From Thermoanaerobaculia bacterium (GTDB lineage Bacteria; Acidobacteriota; Thermoanaerobaculia; Multivoradales; Multivoraceae), in NCBI GenBank assembly GCA_963666565.1, contig OY762911.1, forward strand, positions 544,001 through 608,000: 64,000 nt of DNA, read 5' to 3'. The translations under genes were made by a program, and so were the position numbers. Below are positions 1 through 12,176 of the stretch, in pieces. Each line of letters starts with the position of its first letter. The stretch's first letter is position 1. Below the pieces are notes generated by a model. It had not been told where the DNA came from and ran no database searches. It saw only the letters and a list, made by a program, of their open reading frames with translations.

Positions 1-766
1 CGATCCGCGACATGCTGGGCGCCGAGTCGAACAGGCTGTTCGCCCCGTCGACGACGAGGGAGGGAGCGTGTCCGACGTCCATGCCCTCGCGGGCAAGCTC
101 GATCGCCCGGCGGAGCAGCTCGTCGAGCCGGGCGCGCTCGTCGCTCATCAGCCGCAGCAGATCTTCCCGGATCTCGAACAGGGTCCGTCCGCTGTAGTTC
201 TCGTTCAGGTAGTTCGAGATGCGCACCAGGTCCTCGCGCGGAATCGGCTCGTCCGTGACGACCAGCTTGTTCTCCACGAAGCCGGTCTCGGCGACGACTA
301 CGCAGAGCACCTTGCGCCCGCTCAGCGGCACGAACTCGATCCTCTTCATGACGGCCGAACCCAGGGCGGGAGTCAGCACCACGCCGACGTGGTGGGAGAG
401 CCGGGAGAGCAGCCGGGAGGTCTCCTCCGTCAGTTCCTGGCCGGTGGCGCCCGCGGTCGTCAGCCGGTTGTCGATCAGCCGCCGGTCGTCGGCGCTCACC
501 GCCTCGGCCGACATCAGGTCGTCGATGAACAGGTGGAAGCCCGCCTCGGTCGGCAGCCGGCCCGCCGAGACGTGCGGCTGCCGCAGGTACCCCATGTCCT
601 CCAGGTCCGCCATCACGTTGCGGATCGTGGCGGCCGAGAGCTGGAACTGGCGGTCCTTCGCGACGCGCCGCGAGGAGACGGGCTCGCCCGACGAAAGGTA
701 GGTCTGGATCACCTCCCGCAGGATCTCGCGGTCGCGCTCGCTGAGCTGGACGTTCGAGCGGTCCAT
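1..766 (-). CDS. hrcA: Heat-inducible transcription repressor HrcA (3' end runs off the window)
   Basis: Not in the ORF track. Minus-strand translation from ATG at 766: MDRSNVQLSERDREILREVIQTYLSSGEPVSSRRVAK..LSAATIRNVMADLEDMGYLRQPHVSAGRLPT, the typical HrcA N-terminal wHTH. Confidence 0.95.
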   Translation of the reverse strand, partial: MDRSNVQLSERDREILREVIQTYLSSGEPVSSRRVAKDRQFQLSAATIRNVMADLEDMGYLRQPHVSAGRLPTEAGFHLFIDDLMSAEAVSADDRRLIDNRLTTAGATGQELTEETSRLLSRLSHHVGVVLTPALGSAVMKRIEFVPLSGRKVLCVVVAETGFVENKLVVTDEPIPREDLVRISNYLNENYSGRTLFEIREDLLRLMSDERARLDELLRRAIELAREGMDVGHAPSLVVDGANSLFDSAPSMSRI

Positions 767-866
767 GGGAGCCGGACTTTACAACGCCTGCCGCGCCCGG
801 AGGGCCTCGCGGCCCCGGCGTCCACGGGTCCGGGCGGCCTCCCGGTGGTAGCGTTCCGCGGCAACC

Positions 867-1331
867 ATGAAGTGTCCGTTCTGCGGCGCCAACGAGGATC
901 GCGTGGTCGACTCGCGGGACGTGCGCGGCGGCGAGACCGTCAGGCGCCGGCGGGAATGCCTGAACTGCGGCCGCCGCTTCACCTCCTACGAGCAGATCGA
1001 GAACATCGCCTACCGGGTGGTCAAGTCGGACGGCCGCCGCGAGGAGTTCGACCGCCGGAAACTGCTCGCCGGCCTCCTCAAGGCCTGCGAGAAGCGGCCG
1101 GTCGGCCTGCCGGCGCTCGAGGAGATCGTCGACGAGGCCGAAGCCCGGCTCCACCGCCAGGAGGACCGCGAGATCTCGACCTCGGAGCTGGGCAACTTCG
1201 TCATCGACCGGCTGAAGAGCCTCGACCAGGTGGCCTACGTCCGCTTCGCCTCCGTCTACCGGGAGTTCGAGGACGTCAACGCGTTCATGGAGGAACTGCG
1301 AACTCTCCTGGAAGCCTCGCGCAAGGACTGA
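867..1331 (+). CDS. nrdR: Transcriptional repressor NrdR
   Basis: MKCPFC..VVDSR..VRRRRECLNCGRRFTSYE Zn ribbon, ATP-cone VVKSDGRREEFDRRKL, C-terminal VAYVRFASVYREF. Confidence 0.97.
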   Translation: MKCPFCGANEDRVVDSRDVRGGETVRRRRECLNCGRRFTSYEQIENIAYRVVKSDGRREEFDRRKLLAGLLKACEKRPVGLPALEEIVDEAEARLHRQEDREISTSELGNFVIDRLKSLDQVAYVRFASVYREFEDVNAFMEELRTLLEASRKD

Positions 1332-1351
1332 CCGGCTGCTACCGTGGCCCC

Positions 1352-3723
<2,372 letters not shown>

Positions 3724-3748
<25 letters not shown>

Positions 3749-4713
3749 CCGCCTGGCTCGCGGACTTCGCGGGCGCCGGAGACCGCATCGGCGACGACGC
3801 CGTCCTGCTCACGCTCGGCGGACGGCGGTACGCGCTCAGCGTCGACACGCAGCGCGCCGGCGTTCACGTCCCGGTCGATCTCGACCCCGCCCACGCCGCC
3901 CGCCGGCTGCTAGCCGTCGGCCTGTCGGACCTCGCCGCCACCGGCGCCGCGCCGCGGTGGATGCTCCTCGCGCTCGGCATCGACAACGAAGGCGCCGCCC
4001 GGCGCTTCCTCGCGGCCCTGGTGCGCGCCGGCCGCCGGCACGGCATCGAGCTGATCGGGGGCGACACCGCCCGGCCGACGACGCCCGGCCGGCTGGACGC
4101 CAGCCTGACCGTGGTGGGCGAGATACCGGATGGCGGCTCGCCCCTGACCCGCGCCGCGGCCCGCCCCGGCGACCGGCTCTGGCTCGGCGGGCCGGTCGGC
4201 GAATCCGCCCTGGGGCTCGACCTCGTCCGCCGGGGCGCGCGGATCGTCAAGCGACGGACCCGCCTGCCGGAAGCGCTGCCCGGCGAACTGAGCCGCGTGG
4301 CCGCCCGCGTGCTGCGCCGCCACCTGGAACCCCGGCCTCAGCTCGACCTGGGCCTGGCGCTCGGGCGGCGGCAGCCGCCCGGCGCCGCCATCGACGTGTC
4401 GGACGGCCTGGCCGCCGACGCGGCGCGGCTATGCCGCCGGAGCGGCGTCGGCTGCGAGTTCGACGAGCCGGCGCTCGCGCTCCGCGCCGACGCCCGCCGC
4501 CTGGCACGCCGCCTGGACCGGGAGCCCCTCGACCTGGCGCTCGCGGGCGGCGAGGACTACGTGCTTCTCTTCACCCTGCCGCCGGACGCCGAGTTCCGGC
4601 ATCCCGGCTGCCGGCCCGCCGGCCGCGTCGTGGGCCAGCCGGGCCTCAAGCTGCGCCGGGCCGACGGAACGCTCGAACCGTTGGCCCGCGCCGGCTGGGA
4701 TCACCTGGGCTGA
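3724..4713 (+). CDS. thiL: Thiamine-monophosphate kinase
   Basis: IGDDA, LSDLAATGA, LIGGDT, AIDVSDGL, GGEDYVLLFT, GWDH motifs. Confidence 0.92.
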
Positions 4714-4728
4714 TGCCGGCGCAGCCGG

Positions 4729-5706
4729 TCAGCGGCTCAGGGTGACCGTGATCGGCTGGTCGAGTTTCTGAAGGACCTGGCTCAACTGGGCCTCCAGAGC
4801 GGCCAGCCGCGCCTCGACGCTGCCCGCCGCGGGCGCCGCCTTGCGCCGTCTCCGCGCCGGCGCCTTCGCCGCAGCGGCCTTCTTCGCGGGCGCGGCCTTC
4901 TTCGCGGGCGCCGCCTTGGCCTTCGGCTTCCGGCCGCGCGTACTCTGCGAGCGAATCTCGCGGAACACGGCCACCGCCTCCGGGTGGTAGCGCCGCTTCC
5001 GGCCCTTGCCCTCGTGCGGAATCCGGTCGCCGTAGAGCTTGAGGTAGCGCTGCAGCGTGGGCCCGGAGATGCCCGCCTGCTGGCCGACCGCGGTCAGCGT
5101 CAGCAGCTTCGGAGCGGCGGCCTTGGGCTTCGCCGCAGCCTTGGGCTTCGCCGCAGCCTTGGGCTTCGCCGCAGCCCTGGGCTTCGCCGCAGCCTTCGGC
5201 TTCGCGGCGGCCTTCGGCTTCGCGGCGGCCTTCGGCTTCGCGGCGGCCGGCGCCTTCTTCGGCTTGCGGCCCGGTCGGCTCGCCGCCCGGAGCTCGCGGA
5301 ACACCGCCACCGCCTCCGGGTGGTAGCGCCGCTTCCGGCCTTCGCCCTCGTGTGGAATCTTGTCGCTGAACAGCTTCACGTAGCGCTGCAGCGTCGGATA
5401 GGAGATTCCGGTCTTCTCGCCGATGCTGGACAGCGTCAGCAGCTTCGGAGCGGCGGCGGCCTTCGCCGGCGCGGCGGCCTTCTTCCGACCCGCGCCGCGG
5501 CGCCTGGTGGACCGTTCGGCCTTCAGTTGCCTGAAGACCCTCACCGCGGCGACCGGGTACCGCTGCCTGCGGCCCGAGCCTTCCGACGGAAGCCGGTCCT
5601 GGTAGAGCTTCTTGTACCGCAGGGCGGTGGCCATCGACACACCCGCCCGGCGAGCCACTTCGCCCAATGTCAAGAGCTTCTTCTTTCCAGCAGCCGCTGC
5701 ACTCAC
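4729..5706 (-). CDS. Basic DNA-binding protein: three tandem MerR/Xis-like HTH modules with histone-H1-like Lys/Ala/Pro linkers and a C-terminal coiled coil
   Basis: GTG at 5706 preceded by SD AAGGAG. Three repeats of LLTL..V...GIS..TL.RY.KL..D.IP.EG.GR.RRY..EAV.VFR; (AAAKPK)x7 linker; tail VEARLAALEAQLSQVLQKL. Confidence 0.85.
   Translation of the reverse strand: MSAAAAGKKKLLTLGEVARRAGVSMATALRYKKLYQDRLPSEGSGRRQRYPVAAVRVFRQLKAERSTRRRGAGRKKAAAPAKAAAAPKLLTLSSIGEKTGISYPTLQRYVKLFSDKIPHEGEGRKRRYHPEAVAVFRELRAASRPGRKPKKAPAAAKPKAAAKPKAAAKPKAAAKPRAAAKPKAAAKPKAAAKPKAAAPKLLTLTAVGQQAGISGPTLQRYLKLYGDRIPHEGKGRKRRYHPEAVAVFREIRSQSTRGRKPKAKAAPAKKAAPAKKAAAAKAPARRRRKAAPAAGSVEARLAALEAQLSQVLQKLDQPITVTLSR
5113..5248. 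repeat. 18-bp in-frame tandem repeat (~7 copies) encoding AAAKPK
   Basis: Repeated unit GCCTT(G/C)GGCTTCGC(C/G)GC(A/G) on the + strand. Confidence 0.9.
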
Positions 5707-5821
5707 AAGGATTCTCCTTACGCCTCCGCGTTTCTCCGTTCGGCTCCCCTTGGGGAACGCAATGATCGAAGCGCGACGATAGCAGAAGAGTCCTCGGAAT
5801 CGCAGGCTCATGCCAGATCGA

Positions 5822-8800
5822 TCAGTCGTTCGTCAGAGGTTCGTAGTTCAGTTTTCTCACCAGGTACGACATCGCCTGCCGGCTGATGCCGAGAAGGCGG
5901 GCCGCCTGAGCCTGCTTGCCTCCCGCTTCCGCAAGCGCGTTGCCGATCAGGCGGCGCCGGTACCGATCCATCTTCCAGTGGTAGCCGGTCTGGCCGGGCG
6001 CCTCGTCGCCGGCGACTTCTTCCGGCAGCCCCAACATGTCAACCGAGATCTCCGGCCCTTCGGCGAGCGCCACCGCTCCGTCGATGGCGTTCTTCAACTC
6101 CCTGACGTTTCCCGGCCAGGAGTAGCCGCGAATCTTCGCGCAGGCCTCGTCGCTCAGCCTCAGATCCTGCCGCTCCAGGGCGGACTCCTCGAGGAAGTGG
6201 CGCGCAAGCAACATCACGTCTTCCTCCCGCTCGCGCAACGGCGGCGCTTGCACATGGGCGACCCGGAGCCGGTAGTAGAGATCCTGCCGGAACTCGCCGG
6301 CCTTGACCATCGCCGCGAGATCCCGATGAGTCGCGGAGACCAGCCGGAAGTCGAGCTGTCGCGTCCGGCTCTCGCCGACCCGCCGCATCTCGCCTTCCTG
6401 CAGCAGGCGCAGGAGCATTCCCTGCGCCGCCCACGGCAGTTCTCCGATCTCGTCGAGGAACACCACGCCGCCTTCCGCGCTCTCGAACACGCCGATCCGA
6501 TCGCTGTCGGCGCCGGTGAACGCCCCGCGCCGATGGCCGAAGAGGTCGGAAAGCAGCAGGCCGTCGGGCAGCGCCGCACAGTTGACCGCCAACCAGGGAA
6601 GGGAGGCGCGAGCGCTGAACCGGTGGAGCTGACGCGCCAGCAGCTCCTTGCCGGTTCCCGACTCGCCGAGAATCAGCACCGGCAGATCGTGGGCCGCGAG
6701 CTTGCGGATCCGGGCCTGCGCCTCGAGCAGGGCCTTGCTCCGACCGATCATTCCGGACCTCGCCGCCATCCTCGGTTCCGCCAGCTCGGAAACCCCGCGC
6801 CGGCGCCGGGTGGAGACCGGCAGGCGAGTCGCAACCGCCGTTGCCAGCGCCCGCGCCGGTTCGTCGATCCGGTCGGCGCTGAGCACCAGTCGCCCCATGG
6901 CGGTCTCGACCGCGAACCGGTCGCCGCCGCCGGAGCCCCGGAGAAGGACCTCTCGCCGCGCGTCCGGCGCATCGCTCCCCGCCAGGGAACCGTGCACCGC
7001 CAGCCGGGCGTCGGGATGACCGGCCGAGGACATCAGGATCCGGTAGGCCTCCGCGTCGGGATTCGGCGTGGCCAGGAACACGCGAAGAGCGCGCCAGGGA
7101 CCGACGCGCGCGCCCTCCACGCGTTGGACCAGCGCTTCGGCGCCGGCGGCCGAGAGGGTCTGCGCGGCCGTGGCCAGCAGACCGACCGGGACCGACTCGA
7201 CTCCGAGGCAGATCAGGTCGTGAACGGTCAGCGCGGCGGGGAAGGGACCCTGCTCCTCGACCCGCCTCCAGTCTGCGGCCCCCGGCGGTTCGCCCTCGCC
7301 GACGGCCTCCCAGAGTCCCGCCTGTCCGGCGCCGGGCGCGACGGCACGCGCCTCGTCCCGGAGGCTCGCGAGCAGCAGCAGGGGCGCCAGTTCGTCGGCT
7401 TCGGCCGGTGTCCAGGCAGCGAGCGGCCGCTCTACCGCGTCGGTTAGTTCCTTCGCCGCCTCCCGCGCGCGTCCGAGCTGGATCCGGGCGCGCGCCGAGA
7501 GCAGGCGCAGCGAGCGAAGCTGCCGCCATCCCGACCGCCGCCCGCGCAGGTCCTCCAGGGCCGCCGCGCAGCACCGGAGAGCCGACTCCCAGCGACCCAG
7601 CGCGAGGAACCGGCGCGCGTCCAGCAGCCGCGCCTCCACGGTCGCGCGGACGCTGCCCGCCATCAGACCTTCCCGCCGCAGGTCCTCGATCGTCCCGGCG
7701 ACTCCGTCGAAGCGGCCGGTGCGGATCCGGATCTCAGCGAGGATTCCATGGGCGGCGGCTCTCCCGGCGGGTCCGTCGCAACGCCGGAACAGGCCCACCG
7801 CGATCCGGGCCGCCCGCTCGGCCCGCTCGAAGTCGTTCACCGACAGCCGCAGCGAGGCCAGTTCGCGCCACAGCAGCGCGCGCTCGTACACCGGAAGCCC
7901 GTCGCCGAGACTCCCGAGGCCGGCCCGGAGCAGCCGCTCGGCTTCGCCGAAGCGGCCACTGGCCGAAGCGAGCCGGGCGCTCGCCAGGACCTCCGTCCAG
8001 TCCTCCGGCTCTTCGCTTCCGGGCGCCAGCAGGGCGGCCATCGCGTCGAGGTCGCCAAGTTCCCACTTCGCCAGCGCGCACAGGACGCGGGCGCGGCGGG
8101 CGCGCGGGCCGGCGGCGGCCTCGAGCGCCCGCTCCGACCAGCCCTCGATCCGGTCCGCGTGGCCCGCGGTCGCGTGGATTCCGATCGCCAGTTCGCACCG
8201 TTCCAGCTCGCGCCCGCCCGAGAGCCCGTGCTTCTCCAGCGTGCCCAGCGTGCGCCGCGCGGCGGCGGTCCGGCCCAGCCGCAGCTGAGCCCGGAGACGG
8301 ACCAGGACGTCGTCCGTTCTCCCGGAGTCCTTCACCAGCTTCAGGGCCGCCTCGAAGCGGCCGCCTTCGACAAGGCGGCGCGCCTGAGCCGACCGGTCCT
8401 CCGGCGCCTCGGGCGGCGCGGGGGTCGACCGGGCCGCCGGCGCCGCCGATCCTCCAGCGGTTCCATGGACCCCGGATCCGGCGTCCCTGGCACGGCGCCA
8501 GAACGAACGCGCCGCCTCGCCGCCCGCGACGGCTTCGCGGCGGTCGGCAGCGTCCATCCGCGCCAGGGACCGCCGCCACGCGGGCCGGCCGGCGACCGCC
8601 ACGCGTGCGCCGCCCCCGCGTTCCAGGATCGCGAACAGGGACGCGCGCGCCGCCTCGAACCCGCTCCCCCAGAGGAACGGCGCTCGGGCCAGAACGTCGG
8701 CGACCGCGCGGTTCGCGGAAACCGGCAGCAGCTCGTCGCGCCAGCTCTCGAAGAGCGGTCGAAGCGCCGCCCGCACGGCGCTCCGGCCGAGCGCTCCCTC

Positions 8801-9094
8801 GCTTCCGAACACGAGCGCAACCAGGAGCCTCAGCGGAACCTGCGGCAGCCGATCGTCCCGCACGGGCGCGACGGAGCCCGGGGGAACCCGGAGCACGCCG
8901 CCTCCGTCCACCCGAAGCTCCCGCCATTCGAGGCGCCACCCGGCCGCCCGCGCGTGAGCCAGCAGCGCCGCTCCCTGGAGGAAGAGGGACGCGCGCTCCC
9001 GGTCGGAAACGACCATCCCCTCCAGGTCGGCTACCGCGGCGCCCTCGGGAACCGGCTCGAGCGACGGGTGACGAATGCGAAGAACGCCGGTCAC
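5822..9094 (-). CDS. Sigma-54-dependent enhancer-binding protein with long N-terminal TPR-like region
   Basis: GESGTGKE, GAFTGA, FLDEIGE, WPGNVREL, Fis-type HTH AQAARLLGISRQAM. GTG start at 9094 overlaps the aroA stop (GTGA). Confidence 0.88.
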   Translation of the reverse strand: MTGVLRIRHPSLEPVPEGAAVADLEGMVVSDRERASLFLQGAALLAHARAAGWRLEWRELRVDGGGVLRVPPGSVAPVRDDRLPQVPLRLLVALVFGSEGALGRSAVRAALRPLFESWRDELLPVSANRAVADVLARAPFLWGSGFEAARASLFAILERGGGARVAVAGRPAWRRSLARMDAADRREAVAGGEAARSFWRRARDAGSGVHGTAGGSAAPAARSTPAPPEAPEDRSAQARRLVEGGRFEAALKLVKDSGRTDDVLVRLRAQLRLGRTAAARRTLGTLEKHGLSGGRELERCELAIGIHATAGHADRIEGWSERALEAAAGPRARRARVLCALAKWELGDLDAMAALLAPGSEEPEDWTEVLASARLASASGRFGEAERLLRAGLGSLGDGLPVYERALLWRELASLRLSVNDFERAERAARIAVGLFRRCDGPAGRAAAHGILAEIRIRTGRFDGVAGTIEDLRREGLMAGSVRATVEARLLDARRFLALGRWESALRCCAAALEDLRGRRSGWRQLRSLRLLSARARIQLGRAREAAKELTDAVERPLAAWTPAEADELAPLLLLASLRDEARAVAPGAGQAGLWEAVGEGEPPGAADWRRVEEQGPFPAALTVHDLICLGVESVPVGLLATAAQTLSAAGAEALVQRVEGARVGPWRALRVFLATPNPDAEAYRILMSSAGHPDARLAVHGSLAGSDAPDARREVLLRGSGGGDRFAVETAMGRLVLSADRIDEPARALATAVATRLPVSTRRRRGVSELAEPRMAARSGMIGRSKALLEAQARIRKLAAHDLPVLILGESGTGKELLARQLHRFSARASLPWLAVNCAALPDGLLLSDLFGHRRGAFTGADSDRIGVFESAEGGVVFLDEIGELPWAAQGMLLRLLQEGEMRRVGESRTRQLDFRLVSATHRDLAAMVKAGEFRQDLYYRLRVAHVQAPPLREREEDVMLLARHFLEESALERQDLRLSDEACAKIRGYSWPGNVRELKNAIDGAVALAEGPEISVDMLGLPEEVAGDEAPGQTGYHWKMDRYRRRLIGNALAEAGGKQAQAARLLGISRQAMSYLVRKLNYEPLTND

Positions 9095-10416
9095 CGGCGG
9101 ATCCCCTCGAGGTCCCGCCAGAAACCCGGGTACGACTTGCCCACGACCTCCGGACGCCGGATCGAGAGGCCTCCCCGGCGCAGCCCCACCAGGGCCATGC
9201 TCATCGCGATCCGGTGGTCGTCCCAGGCGTCGATCGGGACCCGCGGCGACCCGGGCCGGACGGAGAGGCCGGGATCGCCCTCGATCCGCAGGCCGTCCGC
9301 CAGCTCGTCGACCGTCACGCCGGCGCGGCGCAGTTCGGTCGCGACCGCGGCCAGGCGGTCGCTCTCCTTGATCTTCAGGTGGGCCACGTTGCGGATCCGG
9401 GTCGTGCCCTCGGCGAAGGCCGCCACGGCCGCCAGCGTCGGCGCCTGGTCGGGCATCGCCGACAGGTCGCAGTCGAGCGCGGTCAGGGCGCCGCCGTCCT
9501 CCACCCGGATCTCCTCCGGCGTCGCCCGGACGCGGGCGCCCATCCGTTCGAGGAGTTCCAGGAAGGCCCGGTCGCCCTGGGTCGACACCGGCGCCAGGCC
9601 GCGCAGGCGCACCGCGCCGCCGCAGATGGCGGCGGCCGCCGCCGGGTAGGCGGCCGCCGAATCGTCGCCCGCGACCCGGTAGCGGCCGCCGGCCGGTTCG
9701 GGCCGGCACGGTTCCACCCGGAACTCGCGCGCTTCGCCGTCGCGGCGCACCGCTACCGGCGCGCCGAAGTCGGCCATGACGGAGAGAGTCGTGTCCACAT
9801 ATGGACTGGAGACGAGAAACGGCGCCAGGAGTTCGATCGGGCCCTCGGCCGCGAGCGCCGCCATCAGCAGCGCGGACACGTACTGGCTCGACTCCCGCGC
9901 GTCGATCTCGACCCGGCCGCCAGCCAGCCGTCCCCCCCGGACGCGGACCGGCGCGCAGCCCGGCTCGCCGAGCTCGTCGATCCTCGCGCCGAGCTGCCGC
10001 AACGCCCCGACCAGCGGGCCGATCGGCCGCTCGCGCAACCGGGGGGCGCCGTCGAGCACCCACTCGCCCGGGGTCACGGCGCAGGTGGCGACCAGCAGGC
10101 GCAGCAGGGTGCCCGAGCTCCGGCAGTCGAGCCGGACCGGTCCCCGAACCGCCTCCCGCAGCGGCGGTTCCACCCGCAGCGCCCCGGCGGCGCCGAAACG
10201 GAGGCGCCAGTCCATCGCCTCCAGCACGGCCCGGAAGGCGGCGATGTCGTCGGCCTCCAGCAGGTTCTCGATCGTCGCCGGCCGCCGTCCGATCAGGGCG
10301 AGGTTCAGGGCGCGGTTGGAGATGCTCTTCGAACCGGGCGGCGCCACCGCGCCCCCGACGGCCGCCGCGCGGCGGACCGGGTACGGGTCCGGCAGAGGCG
10401 CCGTCAGGCCAGCCAC
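9091..10416 (-). CDS. aroA: 3-phosphoshikimate 1-carboxyvinyltransferase (EPSP synthase)
   Basis: PGSKSISNRAL, RLRERPI, SSQYVSALL, LKIKESDRL, DDHRIAMS, KSYPGFW. Start approximate (GTG 10416). Confidence 0.94.
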   Translation of the reverse strand: MAGLTAPLPDPYPVRRAAAVGGAVAPPGSKSISNRALNLALIGRRPATIENLLEADDIAAFRAVLEAMDWRLRFGAAGALRVEPPLREAVRGPVRLDCRSSGTLLRLLVATCAVTPGEWVLDGAPRLRERPIGPLVGALRQLGARIDELGEPGCAPVRVRGGRLAGGRVEIDARESSQYVSALLMAALAAEGPIELLAPFLVSSPYVDTTLSVMADFGAPVAVRRDGEAREFRVEPCRPEPAGGRYRVAGDDSAAAYPAAAAAICGGAVRLRGLAPVSTQGDRAFLELLERMGARVRATPEEIRVEDGGALTALDCDLSAMPDQAPTLAAVAAFAEGTTRIRNVAHLKIKESDRLAAVATELRRAGVTVDELADGLRIEGDPGLSVRPGSPRVPIDAWDDHRIAMSMALVGLRRGGLSIRRPEVVGKSYPGFWRDLEGIRR

Positions 10417-11081
10417 AGCAGCCTCCGGTCGTTGAACCAGGCATCCGCAACTCGCACCTCGCCGCCGCCGGCAGGCCAGCGGCGGGCGGCGTGGAAGTGC
10501 CCGAGCAGAAGCACGTCGGCGCCTTCGGCCAGCCGCCGCGCCGCGTAGCGCCGGACGGCCGCCTCCGGGATCCGGGCCTTGTGCTCGAGGTTCGTCCGCG
10601 CCAGGCCGCGCTCGGTGGACGCGACGAGGCGACGGCCGACCGACCGCGGCAGGCGAAACGTCAACCAGCGGCTCAGCGCGTTCTTCGACAGCCGGCGCCA
10701 GCAGCGATAGCGCCAGTCGCGCGGATTCAGCCCGTCGCCGTGGACCGCGAGGTACCGGACCCCGCCGTCGTCGAAGCGGACCTCGCGGCCACAGTCGTCG
10801 AAGAGGTCGCCGTAGGCGCCTTCGCCGACGAAGAAGTCGCGGTTTCCCTCCACGTAGGAGACCCGGATCCCGCGCCGCCGGAGGCCCCGGATCGCGGCCG
10901 CGAGCCGCCGCACCTCGGGCGTCTCGAAGCGGCGCGAGCCGATCCACAGGTGGAACAGGTCGCCCAGGAACAGCACCCGCGCGCAGTCGGCGGGGTCCAG
11001 CTCGCCGAGCTGCGCGGCCAGATCCTCGCCGTTGCCCCCGGGACCGCCCAGGTGCGCATCGGCGACCACGACGACAGGCAC
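10404..11081 (-). CDS. UDP-2,3-diacylglucosamine diphosphatase-like metallophosphoesterase (LpxH family)
   Basis: DAH, GDLF, GNRDF, HGD, GHFH calcineurin-like motifs. Confidence 0.85.
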   Translation of the reverse strand: MPVVVVADAHLGGPGGNGEDLAAQLGELDPADCARVLFLGDLFHLWIGSRRFETPEVRRLAAAIRGLRRRGIRVSYVEGNRDFFVGEGAYGDLFDDCGREVRFDDGGVRYLAVHGDGLNPRDWRYRCWRRLSKNALSRWLTFRLPRSVGRRLVASTERGLARTNLEHKARIPEAAVRRYAARRLAEGADVLLLGHFHAARRWPAGGGEVRVADAWFNDRRLLWLA

Positions 11082-11102
11082 GGTTGCGAAGCCCTCCGAT
11101 CC

Positions 11103-12176
11103 CTAGACGATCGTCAGGGTCGGCCGTTCCGAAGCCAGCTCCGCCAGCCGGCGCTCCACCGCCGCCGCGATGCCGCGGAAGATCGCCGCGTGCGGACCGC
11201 CGGCGTCGGACACGACGATCGGCATCCCGTCGTCGCTGCCCCGGACCAGCGCGGCGTCCAGCGGAATCGCGCCGAGCACCTCGCAGTCCAGCAGGCCGGC
11301 GGTCCGCTCCACGCCGCCGCGCTTGAAGACGTCGGTCGTCTCGCCGCAGTGCGGGCAGGTGAAGGTCGACATGTTCTCCACCATCCCGAGCACCGGCACC
11401 TCGACCTTGCGGAACATCGCCAGGCCCTTGCGCGCGTCGATCAGCGCCACGTCCTGCGGGGTCGAGACGATGACCGCGCCGGACAGGGGCAGTTTCTGGG
11501 ACAGCGTCAGCGCCGCGTCGCCGGTGCCGGGCGGCAGGTCGAGCAGCAGATAGTCGAGCCGGCCCCAGTTCACGTCGCCGAGCAACTGGCCCAGCGCCTT
11601 CATCACCATCGGGCCCCGCCAGATCACGGGCGTGTCCGGATCGAGCAGGAAGCCGAGGGACATGACCCGCACGCCGTGGCGCTCGAAGGGCTGGATCTTC
11701 CCGTCCACGATCTCCGGCCGGCGGTCGATGCCGAACATCAGGGGGATGGACGGGCCGTAGATGTCCGCGTCCAGCAGCCCGACGCGCAGGCCCAGCGCGG
11801 CCATCGCGGCGCTCAGGTTCGTCGCCACGGTCGACTTGCCCACGCCCCCCTTGCCGCTCGCCACCGCAACGACGTGAGAGACGCCCGGCAGGAGGGAGGG
11901 GTCGCGCGCCGTCGCCGGCGCCGGCGCGGTCGCCGCCTCGAGCGACACCTGCACGTCCGAAACGCCGTCCAGGGCGCCGACGGCCTCGACGATGCGGCGC
12001 CTGATCTCCGTGGCCGCTTCCGGGTCCCGCGTGGGGACCCGCAGATCGACCGCCACGCCGCCGCCGCTGACCGCCACCCGCTGCACGAACCCGAACGACA
12101 CGACGTCGCGCTTCATGCCCGGGAAGGTCACCGTCCGGAGGCACTCCCTCACCCTGCTCTCGATCGAATCGGTCAT
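11103..12176 (-). CDS. apbC: Mrp/ApbC/NBP35 Fe-S cluster carrier ATPase
   Basis: SGKGGVGKST, DADIYGPS, WRGPM, DLPPGTGD, ENMS..CPHC. Confidence 0.93.
   Translation of the reverse strand: MTDSIESRVRECLRTVTFPGMKRDVVSFGFVQRVAVSGGGVAVDLRVPTRDPEAATEIRRRIVEAVGALDGVSDVQVSLEAATAPAPATARDPSLLPGVSHVVAVASGKGGVGKSTVATNLSAAMAALGLRVGLLDADIYGPSIPLMFGIDRRPEIVDGKIQPFERHGVRVMSLGFLLDPDTPVIWRGPMVMKALGQLLGDVNWGRLDYLLLDLPPGTGDAALTLSQKLPLSGAVIVSTPQDVALIDARKGLAMFRKVEVPVLGMVENMSTFTCPHCGETTDVFKRGGVERTAGLLDCEVLGAIPLDAALVRGSDDGMPIVVSDAGGPHAAIFRGIAAAVERRLAELASERPTLTIV

Noticed and set aside
767-866. CIRCE operator upstream of hrcA (also sought upstream of dnaK)
   Set aside because: No TTAGCACTC-N9-GAGTGCTAA match found.
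68-1351. N-terminal extension making Lon 1226 aa
   Set aside because: It is antisense to hrcA and out of frame over nrdR; Lon similarity begins at ATG 1352.
5801-5816. Possible sigma-54 promoter TGGCATGAGCCTGC upstream of the triple-HTH gene
   Set aside because: GG-to-GC spacing is 9 nt rather than the required 10.
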